Positions 15,377-28,634 of a stretch of DNA of 64,000 bases are shown here, piece after piece (positions within the stretch are counted from its first letter, which is position 1; every line of letters begins with the position of its first letter). Under the pieces are notes generated by a model. It was given only the letters and a program-made list of their open reading frames with translations. It did no database searches and was not told where the DNA came from. Source of the DNA: Amoeboaphelidium protococcarum X5 (Eukaryota; Fungi; Aphelidiomycota); the NCBI GenBank assembly GCA_023515725.1, contig JALDTO010000192.1, positions 310,001-374,000 on the forward strand, in the 5' to 3' direction. The position numbers and the translations under genes were made by a program.

Positions 15377-16084
15377 TCATAAAAGTTGATTATAATTAAA
15401 TTATACATCTTCATCCTCCTCTTGATCAGCAAACTGACCCAGATTGCCAAGTTGAGTCGACCGAAAGTGCTGAGACACCTTGGGCATGACTTGTACAGAA
15501 TTCTGAAGATGCCCACTTTATTATCTGACAGGAAGGGACCTGTGTCGAAATTGATGTCCATTTGATTAAATTTACTGCTTTGGTTAATATTTTTATTATT
15601 ATTACTTTTGAAGTAGAGCATCTAATTACTATATTTCACCACCACCAGCATCATCATCCCGGCTCTTGGCGATCGTCCAGTATGAGCCTTTACCAAACTC
15701 AAAGGTGCCCCTGCCGACACGCTTAAACAGATTATTTGCAGACAGAGTATGCCGCACGGAATTCCGCCAAGTCTTGCTGTCATTATTGTAATAAGGATAT
15801 CTGATCATAATTGCCTCTTGAATTTCAGATAGTGAGAGTTTTCCATTAGGCGAATGTTACAAGGATTCCACAATCATTTGAGCATATGATAGATTGGGCT
15901 TTTCAGGCGGCGGCAGATTTTGTTGTGTACTATTCTAAAGCTATTACTATTATTATTATTATTAAAGATCAGGATTAGAGGAATTGCTACTTTAATCGCT
16001 AGTAGTACTATTCTATCTAGATATTCCCAAGAGCCATCGAAGATTGGTGAGACTGTTATTTAAATCAGCGCCTACTGTCATCAT
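15377..16084 (-). CDS. Forkhead-box transcription factor, FoxJ/FoxN-like (235 aa)
   Basis: KPNLSYAQMI...LSLSEI...RYPYY...TWRNSVRHTLSANNLFKRV...GKGSYWTI; N-terminal SLTNLRWL motif. Missed entirely by the ORF track. Confidence 0.92.
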
Positions 16085-16354
16085 CGATCCAAATATTGAA
16101 ATTATATTTTATGAAGGAGCGAGGAATGTAACCAGGAGAGAGAATGTAGCGACGAACGGGACGAAAATAACGGGCGCATCAAAAGAAGGAAAATGGCGCG
16201 CGCAGATCGATTTTCGCACGCGCGGGCGATATGGGATTCTGCAAGAAGGGATGAAACGGCGCACGGTGTTTAATGCGGTAGAAATTGTATGAGATTATGC
16301 GAAAACCTACCTTTGAATATTAAGACTGGTCATAGCACATTATATTATAGCTAA

Positions 16355-19057
16355 TCATTGGATCTATTTCTATAAAACACATAAAAAGTCACTGTCATTG
16401 TCAAACAAATATTCCAGCTTTTCCAGATCTACAATTCTATGCGGAATGTCATGTTAAAACTACTTTCATATAAGTGGTAACGCGTACCTGATATCGTATC
16501 ACACACGAGAGATGACAGCAATAATGTGGCATTGGTTGAATGAGCATCAATAACTGCTCTGACTTGCTTTAAGCTGGTATTCTTGTCGTCCAATTCATAT
16601 TAAGCGTAGAGATGATCAGAGTGTGCAAATCTTAAACCTTCGATTGCTACATGAGATGAACTATTGGTGGCTAATTTCTCCCAAGCCTCGAGGCATTTAT
16701 CCATTTCATTCACATTTTATAACTACAGTTATTGTAATTGCACAATTCAGAAACCACCGAAAAAATAATTTTACCGTCTGATTGCTTTAGGGATAGTAAA
16801 CAGGCACCAGAATGACCTCTCTAATGTCGAACCTTTTGAGCTTTAAAAAGTTTCGTATCATGGAGTGAGACTCTTCATAATTACAACCCATATCGCATAC
16901 AGCAAAGAGTCTGACTGAGCATTCGCTCCATGAACTATGCCTGGACAGAATGTGGGCGACTTTCAAGAGTTAATCTGCATCTTATTCGATCCAATAAATG
17001 TCAATAAATCCTTAACGAGACTAGTATGACCACATAAAACCGATACCTGCAAATTTGAACAGCAAAACGTTCACATTGGATGATAAGCAGTCTCGTACAA
17101 AGGCACCATAAAACTCATTGCTCAGATTTTTAACCAGAGTCCATGGTAATAGCGTAATATTCGGCCGCAAATCGCCAAGACCGATATGATTAAGTCCTTG
17201 AAAGGCTGCTTATTGCACTTGCTGACTACTAATATACCTTGCGACGACGTTAGCACTATACGCCTAAAGGATTCTACTCAACTTACGCTTGATAGCAGTT
17301 GGAGCTTACACTGAAAGACAGCCATCACCTGCGCCATTATTTATAGACATTACGAAGAGAAAACACAGAGATGAATCAGTTTGGATAAATGAGCTTACAG
17401 CTATAGATTGAGATATTGCAAGGTAGTCTTCATCAGATATATCAACAGCACCATCTTCACTAAGAACATATGGAACAAAAACTTGCGGTACCCATTCGAC
17501 ATCAGTCGAACTTCCAACACCGCCAGCTTCGGGAAACTCTTCAAATCCATAGTAAAGTTCATCATTGTCATCCATAGTATCATTCAACAAAAGCTCAGAT
17601 TCAGCTTGGGCAATCTTGTTCACCATCAAATGAGTTGTAACTCCTCGTAAGCCTTCACCTGAAGAGGAAGATGATTGTCTTGACTGCAGCCAGACTGTCA
17701 ATGAAGCCGCTGTACAGATGAACAAGATCGCGACATTCAACCACAGATTCAACATCACAACTGTACATAATAAAACTCCAGCTGCGCTAATCTTCCAACT
17801 ATAGTACTTGAACGTTGGCCGCCACTCTCCACTTTGGAAAGCTGCTTGCAAACTGCAGGCAAAGTTTGTGAAGCCATAAGTCATTAGAAAGCATAACGTG
17901 GCAATCTTAGCAATCTCTTCCAAATTAGGTAAGAAGAAGAATGGAATTGATAATATCGCTGTAATTGTGACCAGTAAAAGCGGATTATTATCCAGATAGT
18001 GAACAAATGAGCGAGCGTCAGCTTTACCGCTAAAAACTTTCAGCAGCTGCGACGCCATTGTAGAAGAGATATTCAGACACTACAAAGCAGCTCCCACACC
18101 AACAAAGAGCGTGCCAAAAACTGTAATATAATTACTGGGAAATCCAAGTTCAATTACAATAGTTGAGTTGTGCCGCAACGCGTTTCCAGCAATAGTAGCT
18201 GACATCAGAAGGAACTAAGTTAGATAGATTACGCTACTCACAGCTATTGATACGAATATACCAATGGGAACATCTCTCGACGCATTCTCCAACTAATCGG
18301 CGTGGTGAATACCAGAGAATAGACCCAGAAAGCATGGTAGTAGGAGAGTTATCTATTTCGTTAAATCGAAAGCATCATCAGAGGGCAACAAATTCTGCAC
18401 AAAACGTTCCAATGACGGCGGTGACACGTCAACGGTCGCAGCGAAGAACGGATTAATGATCAAGCCAAGTATTAGTGCAATAAACGCGACAACCAGAATC
18501 AGTAGAAACAGAATGGATGTTAAGCGTATAGCTCTCTACCCAATACAAACAAGGAGTGTTATGAACACAAGTACTGCGATACTAACTTGTACTGTAGTTG
18601 CATATTAATCATCCGCGTGTAATATCCCACACCTCCTCGCCGCCAGTAAAAAACCTTCGACTGACCCAACAATTTCAACTGCGATTAAAACCACTAGCCC
18701 AAGATAATACGCTGCGCATATACTGATAGCAAGACTCTAGCCCAAAGCGTGTCCCAATATTTCCTACAATCCTCCGTGAATATTGCCATTAGTAGCAATA
18801 GCTGATATTGAACTTCCTGTAATAGTAACAACAGCTAAACATAACAGAACAACCGCAATTGTTGCCAATAAACCTGCCTCGCCAAGAATTTAGCCAAATC
18901 TGACGAATATCAAAACACTCCACATAAACTCCAATGTTGGTACAATGGTTCCTGTGAATGGGCCTTATCTTCGCTCCACATTCAGACTCGCTTCATACTC
19001 GTACAGCGTCAAAGTAATCGTCTCCAGAGGCTACACCAATTAAAAATCTGAATTCAT
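16355..19057 (-). CDS. Cation-chloride cotransporter (SLC12 family, KCC-like); introns 16723-16774 and 16429-16487
   Basis: GPFTGTIVPTLEFMWSVLIFVRFG; SAIATNG; FLMTYGFTNFAC; WRPTFKYYSW; GLGDLRPN; IDIYW. Two GT..TGTAG introns restore the frame to TGA 16355. Confidence 0.88.
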
Positions 19058-19248
19058 ATCACGATACCAAATAACAAGTAATTTCTAACAGTAAATTTCT
19101 TCTTGATGTTTTTAACGACTTGTAATAAATAAGCTTATCGAAATTGCTTGCTGATCAGTGGCGAGTGAAACAGAAACAATCTTCACGCGATGAGATTTCT
19201 TTTCTCTTTACGCCACTGGAGGAAATTACCGTTGAGAAAATTGCGAAA

Positions 19249-20526
19249 ATGACCAAGGCATCAGTGAATGTTATCAAGACTTTTGAAGAGTTTAATAAGA
19301 TATCTTTGCATCGGCTGCGTATAATTAATAATTCTATCAATCTCATATTTGCCCCATTGCCAGTAGTAAAAGATGGAAACGTCATGGATTGTGATTCGGG
19401 ATTAAAGGATGTTCATTCTGCTTTCTTGGATCTCATAGCTCTGTACCCTGCTGATAATTACAAGTTTGCCGCGTAGATTGACGTGTAGAATCATATTAGT
19501 ATCATAGAATACCTTGTCACTATCTATGGATCGTCATCTCTGAAGCCAAGGACTGGATTTTCTAAATCAGAATTGGAAGAGAGCGTGCTATACCTACCGG
19601 TTTTCGGTGAGTATTTTTGCATTTATCTGACTAAATTATGCAAACTCAGTCCGTCGTTATAGAAAGTTCTATCTGCTTCAATATACAAGTTTGTACGCTC
19701 ATGCTTCTTACACCCTCATTGTAGGCGCGTGGCTTACAAATTTCTCAGTGAGTTCGGTAATGTGTTATCTACCACCTGTGGAACAGAGTTGGAGGAGTAG
19801 TTATTCATTGCTGTCTTGGAGGATTTAAGAGAGGATACTGCTGCCAGTCACGCGCAAGCTGTGTAAGGATTTATGGTCATTGTGAAATTTTGCTAGATTT
19901 CATATGAGCACATGGTCCTCTTTTAGTTTATAGCTGACAGGATGTTTACCGTTGACTCGTCTTTAGCTACTAAGCTGAATCCAGATGCTGTGGCTTTAAT
20001 TGCCGTGAACATCATTAGAAAGACAAGATTGCCTGTCACCTATTTAAATTGGTTCACACAGTTATTCCAATCTCTAATGCTCAAGTTTAACAATTGCAAT
20101 GATCTTTGTGGGGAAGGATTGTTAAATCTAAGATAACAGGTGCGCGTAAATAGAGGCTAGTCAAAGATAAGTGCAAGCGGGTAGGATAGCTCTGCTTTGC
20201 ATCATGTCAGATCCAAGATAATGCAGTACCTGGAAGAGAAGAACACCGCGAAATCAAGACAATAAAAAGACGCGTCAGTTCAGACTGATGGTGATGTGGG
20301 GGAGTCTTTAACTGGCAAGCGCGACGCTCCGGTAGAATCCGCTTTACCTGCAACTAAGAAACTCGCTGTTGATCATCATGTCACTTAAATGAGTGTATAA
20401 CCGGTGCAAGTCCCAAGTGCTACTAGTATGCCAGTAGATGATTCCGTTAAACTGGTCGATAATCAAGATGAAGATGAGTTTGATATTGAGGGCATTGAAA
20501 TTGTGGATGCAGGTCCGGATGAATGA
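19249..20526 (+). CDS. Helical-repeat protein with acidic C-tail, possibly Rix1/PELP1-like; start uncertain
   Basis: More than 420 codons without TGA; ends DEDEFDIEGIEIVDAGPDE*. The frame stays open upstream to ~18904 but the first ATG is at 19249. Product call is weak. Confidence 0.6.
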
Positions 20527-20615
20527 ATAAATTCATATTGAATCTATACATTTTGAATTCACGCGTGTTTTCTTTCTGATCTTTCACAGCATTAAAACTC
20601 CAATATATTTTGACA

Positions 20616-21228
20616 ATGGATATACCGTAAACGTTGTTAGCCAAGTGGATCTTATTCGTGTCACTTGCATCCATTTTCAACACGGTATAGTGTTTTCTGG
20701 ATTAAAAGTCGGTGCTAACTAAAAAGATTTACATTGCTCAGCCGAATCAAGGTAATTAACGTTGTATTTGTGACCATATGAAACTCTCTACTATCGTCTT
20801 TGAATATGAGTAGTTACCCCGCTGATGGCGAGAATGTTTGGCACCTGGACTTTGCTGTCAACTATAATACGCCTTTACACCGCCTATAACATTTACGACA
20901 CTACGTAAGATTTACATAGTACAAAAATAGATTTAAGATGGTTTATTTACTCTTTCAAGTGTAGTGCCTGTGTTATGTGCTTAGCCACATTCGGGATCGC
21001 TTTGTTTCATTTCGCGTCTGAAATCTGGATCTTCAAGACGAGTAATTTGAGTTCAAAGGGAGTCATTGCTCCATTAATAATTGCGTGTAAGTCTCTAAAT
21101 TGACACCATAATTCCCCATGTAACATGAAAGTGTAGCAACGTCTATTGTTTGGATGTACTGGCATATAAGTTAAAACATTCTTCGCGTTTCATCCTAAAG
21201 CTAGTATTCCAGTAACAGTGAATTTTGA
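20616..21228 (+). CDS. ERG28: Ergosterol biosynthesis scaffold ERG28; introns 20752-20813, 20905-20964, 21087-21136
   Basis: LAKWILFVSLASIFNTVQCF; VTPLMARMFGTWTLLSTIIRLYTAYNI; FHFASEIWIFKT; APLIIAS. Confidence 0.9.
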
Positions 21229-21300
21229 ATAAATAAAGTTGGGCCAAATGGTTTTCAATACAGTTTATTGCAGTTATTCATCATAAAATCATATTCAGCA

Positions 21301-22416
21301 TCAAGCATTGATTGCAGATAAACTGCTCTAATTTTATATCAGCGTTTTGGTTGGCGACTCTTCAGAAAACAGCGAGCTCTAATTGCTACTCGATGTGACC
21401 ATTTATGACAATGGATGCTTACCTAGCTTCGAGAGATGATCTTTACGAGGCTATTCTCGAGTGGTATCTGCGCCTGAATTTTGATTATGCAAAGTCTTGA
21501 CAGTTTGACAGAATGAGTAGTTGGCCAATGATCTAATCTCACTCTGAGCAGTTATTAGAGAAGGTAAAACTGAGTCTTACTTCTTAATAACGGTAGACAG
21601 ACTATTTTCATGTCCCAAGACGCCATAAGCGCCAGATGCAAATTCAGAACCATACTGTGATCTTGATTGCATTTTCAGCGTTTGATCAATTGTTTCAACT
21701 CGCGCGATTCTTCCGTCTCGCATATACACCACTCGGTCGGCAATGTTCTTGAGCGCAGTGTCGTGAGTAACCATAATCAAAGTCTTGCCCTCCATCTTCT
21801 TCTAATGAAGGAGAAGCGCGATAATTCTTCTAGAATTTACAGTATCAAGATCACCGGTCGGTTCATCCAGTAAGAGTAGCTGAGGATCATTAGCTGTAGC
21901 TCTTGCTATGGCCACGCGCTGCTATTCACCACCGGATAGCATATTAGGATAATGATTTATGCGATGAGACAAGCCGACTCGTTGTAGCGCAGACAAAGCC
22001 TTCTTACGTCTCTCGCCATGTGACAGCTCAGATTTAAGCGTCATTGGCAATTCCACATTCTCAAGTGCAGTCATTGATGACAAAAGATTAAATGTCTGAA
22101 AAACAAAGCCAATTTTATCCAATCGAACTCGGCTCAATACCTTTTCCTACGTTTTTGGCTAGACTTTGACACCGGCGACCCATAACTCTCCTCTACTGGC
22201 CATATCGATAGTTCCGATGATATTCAGTAGCGATGTCTTACCACCGCCAGATGTACCATAAATGATAACCAGCTCATTCTGATACACTTCCAGACTTACG
22301 CCTCTCAGCGCTTGATGAGCCTCAGTGCCATGCAGATATGTCTTGTGGATATTCTTGAGCTTAACCACTGGCTCTAAATTCACTGCATGATGATGATTAC
22401 TTTGTTATAGTTCCAT
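21301..22416 (-). CDS. Stand-alone ABC ATPase of LolD/MacB/FtsE type (371 aa)
   Basis: Walker [10 protein letters not shown]; [10 protein letters not shown]; TALENVELP; [14 protein letters not shown] (first Q=TAG); [11 protein letters not shown]; MVTHD. No transmembrane domain. Confidence 0.92.
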
Positions 22417-22993
22417 AACTAGTTATTTCAGACTCTTGCAGACAGACAGTTAATGACAGCGACTATAAAACGATAGCGTAAAACGATATCAGCAAGGGTA
22501 GACAGGACGATGATATTCTCTTGATAGTACAGCAAAGGACTAAAATACTAACACTTTCCTAATATGGAATTGATGTAGATGATCTGAAACGAGCAGAATT
22601 GGTAATTAGTAAATTCAACCTTGTTTCAACGCGCAGTTTCTCCGTCCGGAATTACGAGGAGGAAGGAGACTGTGTGTAATATTTGCAAAGAAATGATGAT
22701 GATGATGACGAGCTGAAACAATTCTTGTTACTATCTACTTGCCTCGACTTGCTTATTGGTACAGAAGGAAAGTGGGGGGAAGAAGCGCGGGAGTTACTAT
22801 CGGCAAACTTCGAGATTTTGGTAAAATCATCGGCGTTACTAACGACTCCAGTTTTTGACACTTTGTTGTCATGGTGGGTATGAACCCGGTTACCGTGACG
22901 CTTATCATGTGTTGTTTGTATTGATAAACATACCGATGTTGACGTCAATCCATTTGCTCTGGTTCATTTATTGAGCTAATTTGTAAGTTCTGC

Positions 22994-23323
22994 TCACTGT
23001 AAAAGTGGTTATATAATGTAATGCTTTTTGCCTGCTTTTTTAATATCAGTCGTTTTAACTTGAACTTGTTTGATTTAAGCGATATCAAGACACTCTACAG
23101 AGACTGAAACACTGTACGGTTGAACTTTGCTCCGTGCCGCTTTTTGCAACTAAAAGAAGAAGGCCCAGTCAGTGAATTCAACGCGCGGAACCTGGAATAT
23201 CGACCCGTAAAGTTATATGTGGTCATTCTTGAAGCTCGCTGAATGTGCCTTACATTCCATGCATCTCTAACACACGACTGATTCCAATTCTGTTTACAAT
23301 TTAAATGTCTCCTAATCAATCAT
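22994..23323 (-). CDS. Hypothetical protein (109 aa); gene model uncertain
   Basis: ATG 23323 to TGA 22994 under code 6 (MIDQETFKLQTELESVVCQRCMEC...). No recognised motif. Confidence 0.3.
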
Positions 23324-23524
23324 CAAATTGATTTACTGCCAATACCATACTTTTAAAAAAGTGCTTTTAAAGTATTGACTACCAGTAAGTTCTTTCAATC
23401 CGGTAAAGCGTCGCGCTCGCGTTTCTTCTTTTGCTTTATCTGCTCTTGGTATCATCTAAAAGTCTTCATCACTTGAATTAAAGATATATTGTACCTCCAG
23501 AATCATTTAGTACGACAGAATACA

Positions 23525-25858
23525 ATGGGTAAAACTGCAACTGTCTATGTTTTGGATATAAATTCCAGTATGTGGATGGGTGATAAAGTGCAGAAAGTGA
23601 AGCATTTGGTGCAGTTGATGATACACGAGAAACTGCTGTCTGGTAGAAAGACTGATTTGGTGTCTATAGTATTAATAGGCTCACGGGAGACTCGGAATCA
23701 TTTGGCAAGTGATGATGAATATCAGTATATTGAGACTCTGTTCAACGGTTTAGATATGGCTGACTTGAAGCTACTGTAGAGTTTAGATGATGATCATTTA
23801 CATGGTAAAATGAGCCATAATTCTGGCGATATAATTGATGGCCTGATTGTCGCGGCCGATTTGATTATATAAAAGTGCAAGAAGCTCAAGTATGAACGAA
23901 GGATATACATATTTACTGATGGTCAGTCATCAAGGTGGAAAGTTGGTGATGATCCTGTTTAGCTTGCACCAACAATCATTGAACATGACATTCAATGTAA
24001 TTTTATCAATTGTAGTACAGCGGCGGATGACAATGAGGATTCTCTATTTTAAGAAGATAATTGGAAGGCTGTCGATGTAATTATTTAGTAGCTGTAGAAA
24101 GCTCAAGGTTAGTAGTTTACTCAATAGAGCAGACACTTGACTATAGACTAAGCGTAATCGGAGATTGATACATTATAGAAGAAGCAAGTTGCGCCAACCA
24201 CTCTATTTAAAGGGTTCCTATCATTAATTCCATTTGAGCAAGGTGTTTATGATGCAGAGAATGTAGATTTTGGTATCCCCGTGTCGATGTATGCCAGAAC
24301 TCATGAGTTCAAGTTGCCCACTTTTAAAAAGATTGCTGAAGTGGAACAGGTACTGGATGAGGTTGATATGCCGGATCATGGTGCATCAGGTACACCTAGA
24401 AAGATTTATGCTCCGATATAAAGATAGTTCAATTATGTCTCATAGTCACCTGCTTACAAATTGGATCAGGATATTGAAGTTGGCGAAGATTTTGGTGGCG
24501 ATGACCAGAATGATTAAATGCAGCAGGTTGACAAGGCGCAACTGGTCAAGTACTACAATTATGGAAGTTCATCTATACCGATTCAGACAGAGTAGTATGA
24601 TTATCTGATGCAACAGTTGAAGTAGTAGTAAGGAGATGTGGGAACTGAGAGTGGTAAAGAAATGTCCCTGCTGGGGTTCGTACCATCTTCTACTGTGGAT
24701 CGTCATTTATTTGCAGGATAATCTTATACGGTGGTGGTTACTCCTCTGGGAGCCAAGTTCAACTATGAACAGAAGACTGTATATACATAGCAGAGGCTAT
24801 TGATGCGGTCTTTTGTTTAAGCTATGCGGTAAGAGTCTGTTTATGCTCTAGTGAGGTTGGTTCGCACCTAAAAATCTGATCCAAAGTTGGCCCTGCTATG
24901 TCCATTCAATGAAAGCGTCTTTTAAGATTCTCATCATCAGAGGGATGCAGACGTTGGTGTCCAGCCATAAGATGGTGGTGCAACAGTAGATGATTATCTC
25001 TTGTTGACTTATATCCCGTTTGCTGATGATATGCGTGAATGGACTTTTAAGAGTCTTCCTTAATTGAGTGCCACTTCCTCCGATTAGGAAAATTAGGATG
25101 ATGTACAAAAAATGTAGTTGATTCAGCAATTTATCTAGAGGTCCCAGTTTGTGGATGATTCAGAGCATTTGAGTTAAATTTATCAACAGTTCTCACCATC
25201 TAATGTCTATTATCCTGCCTATCATTATCTCTCGAGCTGTTTGCTGGATAGAGCTTTGAAGAGGAAGGCTAATGGAGAAGGTGATAATGATAATGATGAT
25301 GAGCAACTTCCACCGGTGGATGATCGATTGAAAAAGCCTTTTCGCCGTGAGTAGCAATTGTGGAACCAAGATGATATCTATAGTAGATTACAAAACGTGT
25401 TTGATATTAGAAAAATTGAAAAGAAGAAGGCTGATGGAGAAGGCGCCGTGACCAGAGTGTTGGATGAGTCTGCAGCACCTTCATTGGATGACTTGCTGGC
25501 TGGAAGAGTTGGTGGCGGATAAGAAGCAGCTGCGGATGAATAGGATGCAAATACCGAATAACTATAAGAACTTCCAGCAATTCGTCAGTTTAAAGATAAA
25601 TGGGACGAAGATATTGATTCTTCATTGCGATACTTCAAAGATGAGATACTGTAAATGTGCAAGTAATCCGATGCTGATGCTGGTGATATCTCCAAGTGTT
25701 TAAACACATTCAAAGCATTTACTATTGCTGCTGAAGAAGATGCTTAGTATTCTCAACTCGTTAGATCTATTCAGTAACTCTACTTGGACGACCTCATGGA
25801 TGAAGATTTATATCAGTAACTGCTTGCATTAGGATTAGACAATGATATGTCCAATTGA
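23525..25858 (+). CDS. KU80: Ku80 NHEJ DNA-end-binding protein (777 aa)
   Basis: MGKTATVYVLDINSSM vWA start; ETRNHLA; GDIIDGLIVAAD...KYERRIYIFTDG; YNYG; LLGF; IPFADDMR; ends at TGA 25856-25858. Confidence 0.92.
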
Positions 25859-25947
25859 TTGAAATAATTGCAATATTCATTATCACTTTTAATTAATAAA
25901 TCTCTATTCTATTATCTATTATACTACTCTGAATGAATTATACGTGA

Positions 25948-26793
25948 TCATTCGAATTTAACTTCAATGGAGTTACCAGATTTAGAAACTCCACCAGAAT
26001 CTCCCCAGCCATGTGCATTACCAGTGCTTACAGTGGCGGATACATTTTTAGCAAGTCCAACATCACCCACAACAGGTGTGGACGTGTTCAAGTTATTGGC
26101 ATTGAATACAGCACCGATTGCATTACCACTACGATCGATACTGCCAGAATCTCCTGAGAAGACACCACCACTACCGGTACTCTATTTGGTGGATGTCGAA
26201 ATTGTATTACCAACTGTTACGGCACCGAAGAATCCATTTTTAGCATCGAATATACTGCCCACAGAATTACCACCATTCGTGATGGATCCACTGTCTCCCT
26301 TTATACCATACCCATTGCCAGTATTTGCAGTGGCTTCAACATTCAAACTGTTGCCAACTTCAACGGAACTACCAGCGATTATACTCTTTGCATTCAGCAC
26401 CTGATTACCCACAGAATTACCAAAATTCTCCACCTTGCCAGCATCTCCATCTAGAAATCCACCACCGCCAGTTGTGACATCCACCTTGGAATTGATAGAA
26501 TTGCCAATACTTATACGCGTCACCTTTACATCTTTCGCGGGCTATTCTTATTACTATTGTTACTTCTATTATTATTGTTGTTATTGTTATTATTGCAGCT
26601 ATTATTTTTATTATTGCAGTGTCAGTGCTTGAGATTAATTCTATGCTTAATAGTGCTGCTAATTCTACTGAGCAGTTGCGTATTGTTACTGAGAAGGCAC
26701 AGCGAGTCCACTGACAATATCACTTTACAGCTGTAGTGATATCAAACACAGCATGACCAGGATAGGATGATTGCAACTCAAATTTAATCGCAT
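25948..26793 (-). CDS. Secreted protein: signal peptide, Gln-rich segment, four Gly/Asn/Ser-rich repeats (281 aa)
   Basis: ATG 26793, hydrophobic leader ILVMLCLISLQL, Q-tract built of TAA/TAG/CAA, four repeats TGxG...GDSG.I...GNS[VI]; TGA 25948-25950. Confidence 0.8.
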
Positions 26794-27152
26794 TATTGAT
26801 ATACTTTTGCACTACTATTCTTCTTTATTATAATATCACACCGAGCAATATTCAAGTGAGATTTAAAGAAGATTAGACGGATTCAATGGGCATATAAAGT
26901 GAACGTGATTTGATCTCGATTGGCTCCTGTTCACCTGTTTCTAGATCACTTGGTATAATCACTCTCACTCATCACATCTCCCTATCACGCTTATTTCCTT
27001 AAATCTCAGCCCTAGAATGCATTAAATTATAAAAGATATAAAAAAATTATCCATACTCTCTAGCGAAAGTTTTATGATCAGTAATCTCTTTTCCATCTTC
27101 TTCTTTTAGCCGCGACTTTATCACTTCACCTTCTTCCTCTCTAAATTGTTGA

Positions 27153-28634
27153 ATGCTTTCATCAATTAGAAAATCCTCTTAAAAGCTTCTGGTAAACTTA
27201 TAGACGCGTTCGCTCACCTCCATTTATAACACTAAGCCATCAACAGCAGTAGTAATTAAATTAACTGTACCGGTGAGAACAATGCTAGATATTAATGAAT
27301 TCAGAGTGGAGAAGGGAGGCAATCCGGACAAGATACGCGAATCTCAGCGCAGGCGTAACGCTTAAGTTGAACTGGTCGATCAGGTGATTGCACTGGATTA
27401 GGAGTGGGTCAAGTTGAAGTTCGTACTAGATGAGAAGAACAAGGACTTGAACAAGCTGTAGAAGGAGATTGGGATGCGGATGAAGGCGAAAGAGTCTGCT
27501 GAGGATCTGCTCTAGCAGAAGAAGGAGATGGAGAAGGCGCGCGATCAACAGAAGGCCATTGTGGATGAGAAGGAGCGTGAGCGTGATACTTCCCTCCTGC
27601 TAATTGGTAATCTAGTGCATGACTCTGTGCCTGTGAGTGCAGATGAGAACAATAACGCCGTGGTTAAGGTGCATCCAGAAGGCAAGACACCTGAGAAGAG
27701 GGAGAACATTCTGGCGCATGATCAAGTTCTGGAGAGTCTTGCCGGTTATGATAGTGAGCGTGGTTCGCGTATTGCCGGTCATCGTGGATACTATCTGATG
27801 AATGATGGCGTGGACTTGAACTTGGCCCTTATTCAGTATGGTCTACAGTTCCTTCGTAATCGCGGCTTCAACAAGATATCTACACCGTTCTTTATGAACA
27901 AGGACGTGATGTCCAAGACTGCGCAGCTGAATGAATTCGATGAGACTCTGTACAAGGTCAGTGGTGATACTGATGAAAAGTACTTGATCGCCACTAGTGA
28001 GCAGCCTATTAGTGCATTCCACATGAACGAGTGCTTCGATAAGCCGGCCGAGTAGTTGCCAATCAAGTACGCCGGCTACTCTACGTGTTTCCGTAAAGAG
28101 GCTGGTGCTCATGGCAAGGATAACTGGGGCTTATTCCGTGTACATCAATTTGAGAAGATTGAACAGTTTGTGCTCACTGAACCGGGCAAGAGCTGGGAGA
28201 TGTTGGAAGAGATGATCGGCACCAGTGAAGAGTTTATGAAGAGTCTTGGCTTGCAGTATCGCGTGGTGTCTATTGTGAGTGGCGCGCTGAACAATGCAGC
28301 TGCGAAGAAGTATGATCTGGAGGCATGGTTCCCTTATCAGGGTGTGTATCGTGAACTGGTCAGCTGCTCCAACTGTACTGATTTCCAGTCTAGGCGAATG
28401 GAGATCCGCTGTGGTGCCAAGAAGTAGAATAGCCAGGAGAAGAAGTATGTCCACTGTCTGAATTCTACGCTCTGTGCCACGGAGAGAACAATGTGTTGTC
28501 TGCTGGAGAACTATCAGACTGAAGATGGTGTCGTGGTGCCAGAGGTGCTCCGTCCATACATGGGCGGTCGTGACTTTTTACCATTCACGGTTAAGGTGAA
28601 GCCTAGACGTGAATAACCTAATGGCTCTACATGA
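27153..28634 (+). CDS. SARS1: Seryl-tRNA synthetase, cytosolic type (ATG 27282) with in-frame upstream presequence (ATG 27153)
   Basis: [25 protein letters not shown]; YLIATSEQP; CFRKEAG; [12 protein letters not shown]; [10 protein letters not shown]; [10 protein letters not shown]; TGA 28632-28634. Confidence 0.97.

Noticed and set aside
19607-19649. Intron-like GTGAGT...CAG in the 19249-20526 gene
   Set aside because: Removing 43 nt would break an otherwise open frame, and the acceptor does not match TGTAG.
22453-22948. Overlapping ORFs on both strands between the ABC ATPase and Ku80
   Set aside because: Could not decide strand or start; no motif support.
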